DNA of 64,000 nucleotides, taken from positions 2,845,135 to 2,909,134 of the forward strand of contig OZ241335.1 of the NCBI GenBank assembly GCA_965200325.1, read 5' to 3'. Shown here piece after piece: positions 8,337 through 16,732 of the stretch. Below the pieces are notes generated by a model. It was not told the origin of the DNA. It did no database searches and saw only the letters and a program-made list of their open reading frames with translations. Each line of letters opens with the position of its first letter. The stretch's first letter is position 1. The position numbers and the translations under genes were made by a program. Source of the stretch: Phototrophicaceae bacterium. Its GTDB lineage: Bacteria; Chloroflexota; Anaerolineae; Aggregatilineales; Phototrophicaceae.

Positions 8337-8669
8337 ATGCCGACATCTATTAGAATCCATGACTCATTTCGTAAGCAAGCCAAAACTCTCAAACGTAAGT
8401 ATCCATTAGTAGAATCTGAAATTGAGAAGCTACTGATTGAGTTGCGAAACGGGCAGCGACCTGGCAATATAATTACGGGAGTTGCTTATACTGTCTACAA
8501 GACGCGCCTGCCTAATCCTTCGGCACGGCGTGGTAAAAGTGGTGGTTTCCGTGTCATTTATTATATGAAACTGGCGGATGTCGTATATCTCATTGCTATT
8601 TATTCCAAAACAGAAACAATTGATATTAGCCGCGCAGAAATACGCCAGCTGATAGCTAAATTATTGTAA
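8337..8669 (+). CDS. RelE/ParE-superfamily (Gp49/HigB-like) toxin
   Basis: 110 aa with the hallmark RRGKSGGFRVIYY ... VYLIAIYSKTE motif of RelE-type mRNA interferases. Lies in a low-GC islet. Confidence 0.7.
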   Translation: MPTSIRIHDSFRKQAKTLKRKYPLVESEIEKLLIELRNGQRPGNIITGVAYTVYKTRLPNPSARRGKSGGFRVIYYMKLADVVYLIAIYSKTETIDISRAEIRQLIAKLL

Positions 8670-8876
8670 CTTGATGATAATGCTTGCTGCCTTCAAGCGA
8701 TTACATTCAGAGTAAACAGCGTAATATCTTCGGAGCAGCGCGTAAAATCAAGACCATCGCGCGTATTCACCGGCTTCACCACGACCTGCGCTTCGCATTT
8801 TTTAGCTTATCCCTACTATATTCTAGCGTGTTTTCCGTTACACTAGGATTGTTCCACTGGCTCTAACGAGGCGCTT

Positions 8877-9659
8877 ATGCCCCACTTATTACCGCCATTC
8901 CGCCACGCGCTGATGCGCCGGCCAGCGCCTAACTTCGCCGCTGGCATCACTAGCGCGGCGCATCTCGGCAAACCTGATTATGCCAAAGCCCGGCAGCAAT
9001 ACGAAAACTACATACAGGCATTGCGCGACTGCGGTTTGACGGTCACCGTCTTGCCAGCGGATGAGCGCTTTCCCGACGGGCATTTTGTCGAAGACCCTTT
9101 TGTGATTTTCCACGATATCGCTTTTCACTGCCGCTCGGGCGCTGAGGCGCGCCGCGGCGAAGGCGAATCGCTCAAGCCGCATTTGACGGACCTGCGCCTC
9201 GTCGAACCGCCGGCCGCCGCCCGCATCGATGGCGGGGATGTGCTATTTTGCGCCGACCGCGTTTTGGTCGGCATTTCCCAGCGCACAAATCGCGCCGGTT
9301 TTGCCGCGCTGCGGGCAGCCCTGCAAACCGCGCAAAGCGACATCCGCGTCGAGGCGGTGCCATTTAGCGGCGTCTTGCATCTCAAAAGCGGCTTGACGGA
9401 ATTAGCGCCCGGCGTCTTAATCCATGACCCGGTCTTGCAAACCGATTTTGACCTATCTTGGGCCCAGGTCATTAGCTTGCCGCCGGCGGAAGGTTTTGCG
9501 GCCGATGTCTTGCCCGTGAACGATACGGTCTTCGTGGCGGCGGGCTGCCCGACGGCCTATCAAGCGGCGCGGCAGCATTGCGAGCGCGTCATCGCCCTGG
9601 ATATGAGCGAGTTCGTCAAGATGGACGGGGGCTTGACATGCCTGTCGCTGCGCTATTGA
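8877..9659 (+). CDS. Dimethylarginine dimethylaminohydrolase / amidinotransferase-fold protein
   Basis: 260 aa with GGDVLF, HLKS and C-terminal GGLTCLSLR (catalytic Cys) motifs typical of DDAH-family enzymes. Confidence 0.7.
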   Translation: MPHLLPPFRHALMRRPAPNFAAGITSAAHLGKPDYAKARQQYENYIQALRDCGLTVTVLPADERFPDGHFVEDPFVIFHDIAFHCRSGAEARRGEGESLKPHLTDLRLVEPPAAARIDGGDVLFCADRVLVGISQRTNRAGFAALRAALQTAQSDIRVEAVPFSGVLHLKSGLTELAPGVLIHDPVLQTDFDLSWAQVISLPPAEGFAADVLPVNDTVFVAAGCPTAYQAARQHCERVIALDMSEFVKMDGGLTCLSLRY

Positions 9660-10927
9660 CGCTGCTCTTTTTATTGGCAGGCGCTGCGCTCAATAGCCAA
9701 GCCCAAGACCTGCCGCGCTGCAGCGCCCGCCCGACAGTCATCATTGGCGAATTATTCGCCGACAATCGGCGCTGGTGTCCGGAAGATGTCGTGCAGGTGC
9801 CGGAAATAGAACCGTATGCTTTTACCGCGCTGGCGGTCGCGCCAGATGGGGCGCTGTATGCGACGCGCCCGCTCAGCGGGCAGGTCATGGTCATCCGTGA
9901 TTCTGATGACGATGGTTTGCCCGATGCGTCTGGCCTGGAAGTTTTTGCCAGCGGCTTGACCCGGCCCAATGGTCTAGCCTATCACGTGGGATTTTTATAT
10001 GTGGCTGGCGAGCGCCATATCTATCGCATTGCGGCAAATGGCGCAGTCGAAACGCTGGTGGATGACCTGCCCAGCGGCACTGGTTTTTGGACGGGCGGCC
10101 TCGCCATCGGCGTGCTTGAAGCGGGCACGGAGCGGCTCTATGTCGCCATCGGCGCGCCTTGTGATAACTGTGTCGCCGAAGAGCCAGGCCGCGGCGCAAT
10201 CCTAAGCATGAACCTGGCTGGCGGCGATAGGCAGATTGTCGCCAGTGGCTTTCGCCAGCCGGCCGATCTGTCATTTTTTCGCGGGCAGCTCTGGACGCTG
10301 GATAGCGCGCCGCGCCAAGCACAGCGCAACGCGCTGGACGAGCTGAATCGGGTGCAGGCTGGGGGTTGGTATGGTTTTCCTTATTGTTTAGGTGCGGGGC
10401 AGCGCAATAGCGCCATCGAGCCAGCGGACAGCGTTGACTGCGAGCAGAGCGTCCCGCCTGTTATGCGCTTTGGCAGTGGCGCGACGCCCAGCAGCTTAGC
10501 CGCCTACCCGCATGACAGCCTGCCCGGCACCAAAGACACGCTCATCGTCGTGCTTAGCGGCGACCCCAGCCAAGTCGATTTTGTCGGCTATAAAGTGATT
10601 ATGCTCAACTTCGACGATGAAGATAAGCCGCTAGGCGCGACGATTTTAATGCCCTATCGCTATGCCAGTGGCCGGCAGGCTTACCTGCCGTATCAGGGCG
10701 AGGGCCTATTCTGGGAGCGCTACATACACATCAACGAGCAAGGCTGGGGCTTTTATCCGCAGCAGCCGTTAGCAGTAGCGGTGGGGCCGCCGGGCTGGAT
10801 TTATATCAGCATAACAGGCGGGCGCATCATCGCCTTGCGTCCGCGTTACGAAGCGCGCGAGAAGTGGGCGGAATATCCGCTCTGGACGCCGATGAATCCA
10901 AACTTCGACCCAGCGGCGGAAAAATAA
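9638..10927 (+). CDS. Secreted PQQ-dependent sugar (glucose/sorbosone) dehydrogenase-like beta-propeller protein
   Basis: Start moved to ATG 9638, giving the signal peptide MPVAALLTLLFLLAGAALNSQA. Motifs GLAYH.GFLYVA, GFRQPADL and GWYGFPYC. Overlaps the DDAH 3' end by 22 nt. Confidence 0.6.
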   Translation: MPVAALLTLLFLLAGAALNSQAQDLPRCSARPTVIIGELFADNRRWCPEDVVQVPEIEPYAFTALAVAPDGALYATRPLSGQVMVIRDSDDDGLPDASGLEVFASGLTRPNGLAYHVGFLYVAGERHIYRIAANGAVETLVDDLPSGTGFWTGGLAIGVLEAGTERLYVAIGAPCDNCVAEEPGRGAILSMNLAGGDRQIVASGFRQPADLSFFRGQLWTLDSAPRQAQRNALDELNRVQAGGWYGFPYCLGAGQRNSAIEPADSVDCEQSVPPVMRFGSGATPSSLAAYPHDSLPGTKDTLIVVLSGDPSQVDFVGYKVIMLNFDDEDKPLGATILMPYRYASGRQAYLPYQGEGLFWERYIHINEQGWGFYPQQPLAVAVGPPGWIYISITGGRIIALRPRYEAREKWAEYPLWTPMNPNFDPAAEK

Positions 10928-10980
10928 AAAGGCGCAGACGGGTTACGCCTACGCCAGAGCTTAAAAGTGGCTCGCGTATA

Positions 10981-11652
10981 TCAGCCGAATGCCTTAGGCA
11001 TGCGGCCGGGCCGCCGCCCAAACTTGCCGCGCCGCCGCCCAGCGTCGCTATAGCTGGCATTGAGCTTGTCTGTGATCGCCTCTTCTAGGCCGTCGATTTT
11101 GTCGCTGGCGAGGTCATTGATGGTAGCCGTCGCTTGTGCCAGCAAGTCAGCGCTGACAGTCTCCACATCGCCGCCATTAGCCTCGATGAGCTGCGCCACT
11201 GTCGAGCCAGCCTGCAGCGCCTCTTTTAAGGCAGCGGCATCCAAACCGGTCGCCTCTTGCAGCAGCGCGCCGCCGCCAAACCTAGCGAAGTGGCGGGGCT
11301 GGCGGCGAAAGAATGTCTTCTGCCAGCTGCGGTTGAGCTGCTCGGTAATGAGGCTCGGCAATTCGGCGAGGCTAGCCTCTTTCATTTCAGTGAGGCGGGC
11401 GCTAGCCTGCGCCACCAGCGCGGCGCTGACAGTCGCCACATCGCCGCCATTAGCCTCGATGAGCTGCGCCACCGTCGAGCCAGCCTGCAGTGCCTCTTTT
11501 AAGCCGGCGGCATCCAAGCCAGTCGCTTCTTGCATGATACTGTTGGCGGCAAAGCCCTTGCCGTAGCCACTATCGTGGGCGCTGACGGCAAATGCCGCCG
11601 ATACCAGCAGGCCGATGAGCAGCGCCACTGTGGTCAATGATTTACGGGACAT
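10981..11652 (-). CDS. Secreted protein of unknown function with an internal ~91-aa tandem duplication
   Basis: Signal peptide MSRKSLTTVALLIGLLVSAAFAVSA. QEATGLDAA.LKEALQAGSTVAQLIEANGGDV.TVSA.L.AQA occurs twice. The DNA is also near-identical (about 11150-11262 vs 11423-11534). Confidence 0.65.
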   Translation of the reverse strand: MSRKSLTTVALLIGLLVSAAFAVSAHDSGYGKGFAANSIMQEATGLDAAGLKEALQAGSTVAQLIEANGGDVATVSAALVAQASARLTEMKEASLAELPSLITEQLNRSWQKTFFRRQPRHFARFGGGALLQEATGLDAAALKEALQAGSTVAQLIEANGGDVETVSADLLAQATATINDLASDKIDGLEEAITDKLNASYSDAGRRRGKFGRRPGRMPKAFG

Positions 11653-11794
11653 TTTCTCTCTCCTTTGAGATATTTGCTAAGTGAACCCTGATTGGTTAAA
11701 AATCATTCTACGGGACGCGGCTAGAAAAATATTGCAAATCTTGTAAAAAGAGTGCTAAGCAAGTGTAAAATTGACAAGCGGAGGAAAAGCTGAA

Positions 11795-12418
11795 ATGGAT
11801 GTGCTTGAATTTTTGGGGCGGCATAAGCTGGTCGCAATCGTGCGGCTGGATGATTTGTCAATCGCGGCCGAGCTGACGCAGGCGCTGCTTGATGGCGGCA
11901 TCCGCATTATCGAGTTCACCTTGACCAACCCGGCCGCCGTCGCCACCATCGCCGAAATGCGGGTCCTGGCCGGTGAAAACACGCTTATCGGCGCTGGCTC
12001 GGTCATCAGCGCCGCGCAGGTGCAAGCCGTGGCCGCGGCGGGGGCGCAGTTTGTCGTCTCACCCGTCTGCAAGCGGGAAGTCATCGAAGCTTGCCTAGCC
12101 TCAGATCTGCCGGCCATGCCCGGCGCTTTCACGCCGACCGAGATTCAGCAGGCTTGGGACTGGGGGGCAAGCGTCGTCAAGGTCTTCCCGGCGAATCATC
12201 TGGGGCGGCGCTATATCAAAGATGTGCTGGCGCCGCTGCCACATCTGCGTTTGATGCCCACCGGCGGCATCAGCGTCGATAATATGCGCGAGTTATTAGA
12301 CTATGGCGCGTTTGCTTTGGGCGTCGGCTCGTCGCTGATTAACAATGCCGCTGTTGCCGACCGCGATTGGGCTAAGCTGCGAGATAATGCCCGCGGTTTT
12401 GTCGCTCAACTGGACTGA
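11795..12418 (+). CDS. eda: KDPG/KHG aldolase (2-dehydro-3-deoxyphosphogluconate / 4-hydroxy-2-oxoglutarate aldolase)
   Basis: Start set at ATG 11795 behind a GGAGGA RBS. Motifs KLVAIVR, GAGSV, VKVFPA (Schiff-base Lys) and PTGGI. Confidence 0.8.
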   Translation: MDVLEFLGRHKLVAIVRLDDLSIAAELTQALLDGGIRIIEFTLTNPAAVATIAEMRVLAGENTLIGAGSVISAAQVQAVAAAGAQFVVSPVCKREVIEACLASDLPAMPGAFTPTEIQQAWDWGASVVKVFPANHLGRRYIKDVLAPLPHLRLMPTGGISVDNMRELLDYGAFALGVGSSLINNAAVADRDWAKLRDNARGFVAQLD

Positions 12419-12966
12419 GCCTCAACTTCCGCCAGCAATTTCAAGAGGCGCTGGCAGGTATTCCAGTTGCGCGCCGTCGCGCTTAGACCGAGCGCACTTT
12501 CGATGCGCTTGTTATCCAATTTTGAGCGGGCCATGCCATCACGGTAGAAGATATACAACTCGCTGCCCGCCGAATGAATGACTTCGCGCCCGGGATTGTT
12601 CGCCCGCAGGTCGGCTAGCGCGTTTGGCTCGGACTGGCCAGAGAGAAACACGAGCGCGATTTTGCGCGTTTCCGCTAGCTGCGCCGTGTCAAAGGGCTGG
12701 CGCGCCAAAGCCGCTTTGAAGTCAGCCGCGCGCCTGAGTATGACCTGCGCCTCAAAACCGTAGCTTTGCCGAATGCCGGCCTCGAGCCGCTCTTTGAGGC
12801 GGGCGAGGTCAGTCTCTTGGGTTTGGAAGACGACATTGCCGCTCTGCAAGACGCTGCGTACAGCTTGCAAGCCCAAAGCGCTATAGAGCTGGCGCAGCTC
12901 CGCCATTTTGATACGCTTGTGGCCGCCGACATTGATGCCGCGCAGCAGAGAGATGACTGTGGGCAT
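12406..12966 (-). CDS. DUF1697 family protein
   Basis: Start trimmed to ATG 12966 (RBS AAAGGAGAG), giving MPTVISLLRGINVGGHKRIKMAELR, the typical DUF1697 N-terminus. The longer track ORF (to 13161) runs into repeat copy E. Confidence 0.75.
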   Translation of the reverse strand: MPTVISLLRGINVGGHKRIKMAELRQLYSALGLQAVRSVLQSGNVVFQTQETDLARLKERLEAGIRQSYGFEAQVILRRAADFKAALARQPFDTAQLAETRKIALVFLSGQSEPNALADLRANNPGREVIHSAGSELYIFYRDGMARSKLDNKRIESALGLSATARNWNTCQRLLKLLAEVEAQSS

Positions 12967-13077
12967 TGCTGCTCTCCTTTTTGCCGGCCCGCTTTCAGTT
13001 AGGCATACTATAATCGTTTTAGGCAAAGAAAGTAATGAGAATATGACACAGCCAGCCAACGGTGTAGCCACATTTCC

Positions 13078-13289
13078 AAGCCCTCCCCAAAGCTTTGGGG
13101 AGGGGAGAAAAACCCCAAAAACTATAGGGGCGCTTGCAGAAAAGTCCCTCCCATCGGGCAATGTCTACACGCCCACCAGGTTAGACTCCCCTCCCCGAAG
13201 CTTCGGGGAGGGGCCGGGGGTGGGGTTGAAAAAAGTCTCTCCGTTGCAAAATTTAGTTGGTTCTACTTCTGTGCCTCTGGGCTAATTTT
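13078..13289. repeat. MITE/REP-like element, copy E (one outer end missing)
   Basis: CCCTCCCCAAAGCTTTGGGGAGGGGAGAAAAACCCC ... AAAGTCCCTCCCATCGGGCAATGTCTACACGCC ... CCCCTCCCCGAAGCTTCGGGGAGGGGCCGGGGGTGGGGTTGAAAAA ... TTGCAAAATTTAGTTGGTTCTACTTCTGTGCCTCTGGGCTAATTTT. Confidence 0.8.
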
Positions 13290-13337
13290 TTCCCAGCCCA
13301 ATAAAAACTTGCGCTTACTAAGCTGAAAAGCCATACA

Positions 13338-14048
13338 ATGCTCGCAAATATACGCGCCGCCTTTTCATTTTTGACCATCTTGCCGCTGGGCAGCCCGCCA
13401 GAACGCCAGCCTGGTCAGTCTTTTGCCTGGTTTCCGCTGGTTGGCTTGTGCATTGGCGCGGCTTTAGCCGCTATCGCCAGGCATTCCCCCTTTGATTCTG
13501 GCTTGACTGCTTTTCTGGTTTTGCTGTTTTGGGTCGGCATAACTGGCGGTTTGCACTTGGACGGCTTCGGCGATAGCTGCGATGGTTTGCTAGCCAGCGG
13601 TGCGCCAAACGCGCGCCGGCGCATTATGCAAGACCCGCGGACCGGCGTATGGGCGGTTGTAGGCTTGGTTTTGCTGCTGCTGGGCAAGTGGATGGCTCTG
13701 CAAGCGGTGTCGTCGCACTGGCTGCCTTTGCCGCCGGTGCTAGGGCGCTGGGCGATGGTCTGGGCTGCTTATCATTTTCCCTATAGCGGCGACGCTGATA
13801 GCTTGGGCGCATACTTCCGCCAGGGACTAGGCTGGCGGCAGCTGCTCATCGCTTCTGCCACCGTTATCATCTTGCTGACAAAAGCGGAAATCACCGTGCT
13901 TTGGCTCTTTGTCTTTTGCTTCACGGTCTTTTTTGGACAGTGGGCGGCGCGCCGTCTCGGCGGCGGCCTGACGGGCGATGTCTATGGCGCGCTCTGCGAA
14001 GTCTGCGAGCTGCTCTGCTTGCTGGCGCTGGGGCTGATTTATGGCTAA
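13338..14048 (+). CDS. cobS: Adenosylcobinamide-GDP ribazoletransferase (cobalamin synthase)
   Basis: 236 aa polytopic membrane protein. N-terminal FSFLTILP and GDSCDGL motifs are characteristic of CobS. Confidence 0.85.
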   Translation: MLANIRAAFSFLTILPLGSPPERQPGQSFAWFPLVGLCIGAALAAIARHSPFDSGLTAFLVLLFWVGITGGLHLDGFGDSCDGLLASGAPNARRRIMQDPRTGVWAVVGLVLLLLGKWMALQAVSSHWLPLPPVLGRWAMVWAAYHFPYSGDADSLGAYFRQGLGWRQLLIASATVIILLTKAEITVLWLFVFCFTVFFGQWAARRLGGGLTGDVYGALCEVCELLCLLALGLIYG

Positions 14049-14584
14049 GCGGCTAATTTTTCTGCTGGGCGGTGCGCGCAGCGGCAAGAGCCGTTATGCC
14101 GAAAACTGGGCCCGCGAACGCGGCGGGCCCGTGCTTTTTGTCGCCACCGCGGAAGGCAAAGACGCGGATATGCAAGAGCGCATCGCCCAACACCGCGCCA
14201 GCCGGCCCGCTGCCTGGCAAACCCTGGAAGCGCCGCAGGCGACCGCCCAGCGCATCGCCGCTTGCGCCTTCGACTTATGATACGCTGCTGCTCGACTGCC
14301 TCACGCTATTGACGAGCAATATCCTGCTCGGGCTGCCCGCAGCGACCGGGCAGGCGGACGCGAACGCCGCCATCTTAGACGAGGTTGAGCGGCTGCTGGC
14401 TTTGCAAGCTAGCTCCAGCGCGACTTGGCTAATCATTAGCAACGAAGTGGGTATGGGGGTGGCGCCGCCGACGCGGCTGGGCAATGTCTATCGGGATATG
14501 CTGGGGCGGGCGAACCAGCGCATTGCGACGGCCGCCGATGAAGTGTTGCTGCTGGTGGCGGGTCTGGCCTGGCGCTTGAAGTGA
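14041..14584 (+). pseudogene. cobU: Adenosylcobinamide kinase/guanylyltransferase CobU, split by a +1 frame change
   Basis: Frame 1: MAKRLIFLLGGARSGKSRYAE (P-loop) ... HRASRPAAWQTLE, stopping at 14278-14280. Frame 2 continues YDTLLLDCLTLLTSN ... ISNEVGMGVAPPTRLGNVYRDMLGRANQ to 14584. Together they make one normal CobU. Confidence 0.75.
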
Positions 14585-14591
14585 CTGCGGC

Positions 14592-15497
14592 TTAGAGATT
14601 ATCGAAGAAATCGCGCTTGATGACGACGCGCTCGACGCGCAGGATTTCGCGGCCGAGGCCGATGCCTAGCTCTTTCAGGCGGCCGATGAGCAAATCGCCG
14701 TGCATGAGCTGGATGACGGGTGTGCGGCTGTTGTCAGCCTGTCGCTGCGCTTCTTGGGTGGCTTTGCCTAAAGTGATGAGCAAACCCCTGTCGGCGCGAT
14801 TCATCAGGACGGCGCGGCGCAAGTCATCCACAGCCGACGCCAAGATGGGATTGCCCGCGCGGTAAAAATGAAACCATATATTGGTGGCGATGAAACCGCC
14901 GCTTGTCATTTTGCCTTCGAGCATGACACCGTCATTGGAGATGATTTCGACGCGGTTATTGCTTTCCGCGCCTAAGACGATGCGCAAAAAACTTTCAAAT
15001 TTTTCCGGCGACAGTCGGTAGAGGATGTCTTGCAGTTCGTCTTTCCAGGGCTTGGCGCTTTCTACAAGCTCATCCAGGCTGATGAGTGTTTCCTGAGCCA
15101 GCGCGTTTTCCTGCGCTTGCGCTGAAGTCGCCGCTGATTTTTTGCGTCTTTTGCGCCGGCGGGCTGGCGGGCTTTCGATATGCACTTCTGTAGTGTTCCA
15201 GCCTTTTTCGGTCAATTCCCAGAAAGCGCGGCGCGGATTGTCGATGTAGCCCGCTTGCTTCAGCCGTGTCCTTGCCCAAAATAGCCGATACTTAATTTCA
15301 GTCCGGCTATCTTTGTCCGGGTTGTGCATGACTGCCTCTTGCTCAGGCGTCAAATTCAGGATTTCGACAACTTCAGAATAAATATCATCATTCGTTCCTG
15401 AACCACCCAAATTATGCAATGCCAACAGTGTTGGGGACATCATATATTCAATAGCTGGAAGCGATACCTCAGCCATCGCTAGACATCCCGAAACCAT
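14592..15497 (-). CDS. Mrr-like restriction-system protein (N-terminal Mrr_N winged helix + C-terminal Mrr_cat PD-(D/E)xK-fold domain)
   Basis: 301 aa. The wH part is MSPTLLALHNLGGSG...YRLFWARTRLKQAGYIDNPRRAFWELTEKGW. Basic linker RRRKRRKK. The Mrr_cat-like part is FESFLRIVLG...GLLITLGKATQEA. The start may be ATG 15476 (MAEVS). Overlaps the upstream ORF's stop. Confidence 0.7.
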   Translation of the reverse strand: MVSGCLAMAEVSLPAIEYMMSPTLLALHNLGGSGTNDDIYSEVVEILNLTPEQEAVMHNPDKDSRTEIKYRLFWARTRLKQAGYIDNPRRAFWELTEKGWNTTEVHIESPPARRRKRRKKSAATSAQAQENALAQETLISLDELVESAKPWKDELQDILYRLSPEKFESFLRIVLGAESNNRVEIISNDGVMLEGKMTSGGFIATNIWFHFYRAGNPILASAVDDLRRAVLMNRADRGLLITLGKATQEAQRQADNSRTPVIQLMHGDLLIGRLKELGIGLGREILRVERVVIKRDFFDNL

Positions 15498-16732
15498 TGC
15501 GTATCGATGACGACGCGCTCGACGCGCACGATTTCGCTGCGGATGCCGATGCCCAGCTCTTTGAGTTTGTCAATAAATTTTTTCTTGTCGTAGAGTTCCA
15601 CTTCTGGCGCATATTCGCGCGTCGCGTCCCGCAGCGCTTCGCTGGTGAAATTGCCGGTCGTAATCAATAAACCTTTGTGCGCCCGGCTCGCTCGGATTGA
15701 GCGGCGGAAGTCGTCCACTTCACGCGCGCTAATGAGTTTGTCGCCGCGAATAAACTTGAAGGCGATGCGGAAAGTCAAGAAGCCGCTGCTGGACATCATG
15801 CCTTCAATCTCGTCCGCGCCGCTGGTATTGATGACTTCAACTTTGTCAATGCCTTCGGAACGGAAGAGGCGGGCGAAAAAACGTTCAAAGGCATCGGGCG
15901 GCCACTGGTAAAATATGTCTTGCAGTTCGTTTTCCCATTGGGCGGCGCTTTCTAAAAGTTCGTCCAGGCTGATCAGTTTTTCCTGAGCCAGCGCGTTTTC
16001 CTGCGCTTGCACTGATTTTTTGCGTCTTTTGCGCCGGCGCGCTGGCAGGCTTTCGATATGCACTTCTGTAGTGTTCCAGCCTTTCTCGGTGAGTTGCCAA
16101 TATCCAACTTGCGGCTGTGTTATGAGGCCTTCGCGTACCAGGTACACCCTTACGCTGTTCAATCTGCTTTCATACACACGCGCACCGCCGCTATAACGCA
16201 GTTAAACCTGTTCATCCGCCAGTTGCATTTTGTTTGCGACAATAGGGCCAATGTCGGCTTTTTTGCACACATCACCTAATTCACGCAAGGCTTCCAGCGT
16301 AGGGTTTATCATTGCTTGAAACGGTGGCAAAAAATCTGTTTTCATATTTTCACCTCTGGATTCTACAAGTTGGCTCTTGCTCTTCGTTGCGAATTCGTTT
16401 CTCGCCGTAGTTAAATCTAAAGCATTTGTATTCCAGCCTTTCTCGGTCAATTCCCAGAAAGCGCGACGCGGATTGTCGATGTAGCCTGCTTGCTTTAACC
16501 GTGTTCTTGCCCACAATAGTCGATACTTAATTTCAGTCATGGGGGATTTCGCCGAAATGTGCATGACTGCCTCTTGCTCAGGCGTCAAATTCAGGATTTC
16601 GACAACTTCAGAATAAATATCATCGTTTGTTCCTGAACCACCCAAATTATGCAATGCCAACAGTGTTGGGGACATCATATATTCAATAGCTGGAATTGAT
16701 ACCTCAGCCATCGCTAGACATCCCGAAACCAC
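15479..16732 (-). pseudogene. Mrr-like protein (wH + wH + Mrr_cat) interrupted by a single in-frame TAA at 16202-16204
   Basis: Track ORFs 16202..16732 and 15479..16177 are in the same frame. Reading through gives ...MQLADEQV*LRYSGGARVYESRLNSVRVYLVREGLITQPQVGYWQLTEKGW, a complete second Mrr_N-type winged helix. This is followed by an RRRKRRKK linker and Mrr_cat (GLLITTGNFTSEA). Confidence 0.7.

Noticed and set aside
8684-8866. 60-aa ORF downstream of the RelE-like toxin as the missing antitoxin
   Set aside because: It has a hydrophobic, low-complexity translation, no RBS, and no HTH-like segment. It is probably non-coding.
9578-9637. Upstream start for the sugar dehydrogenase-like ORF
   Set aside because: The first 20 codons overlap the conserved DDAH C-terminus. 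ATG 9638 yields a canonical signal peptide.
12967-13161. Long N-terminal extension of the DUF1697 ORF (track 12406..13161)
   Set aside because: The extension runs into repeat copy E. The conserved DUF1697 N-terminus MPTVISLLRGINVGG begins at ATG 12966, preceded by a strong AAAGGAGAG RBS.
14072-14584. 170-aa ORF as an independent gene overlapping cobU
   Set aside because: Only its C-terminal ~100 aa look like protein (the CobU guanylyltransferase half). The N-terminal part is an Arg/Pro/Ala-rich out-of-frame read of the CobU kinase half. It is better explained as a frameshifted cobU.
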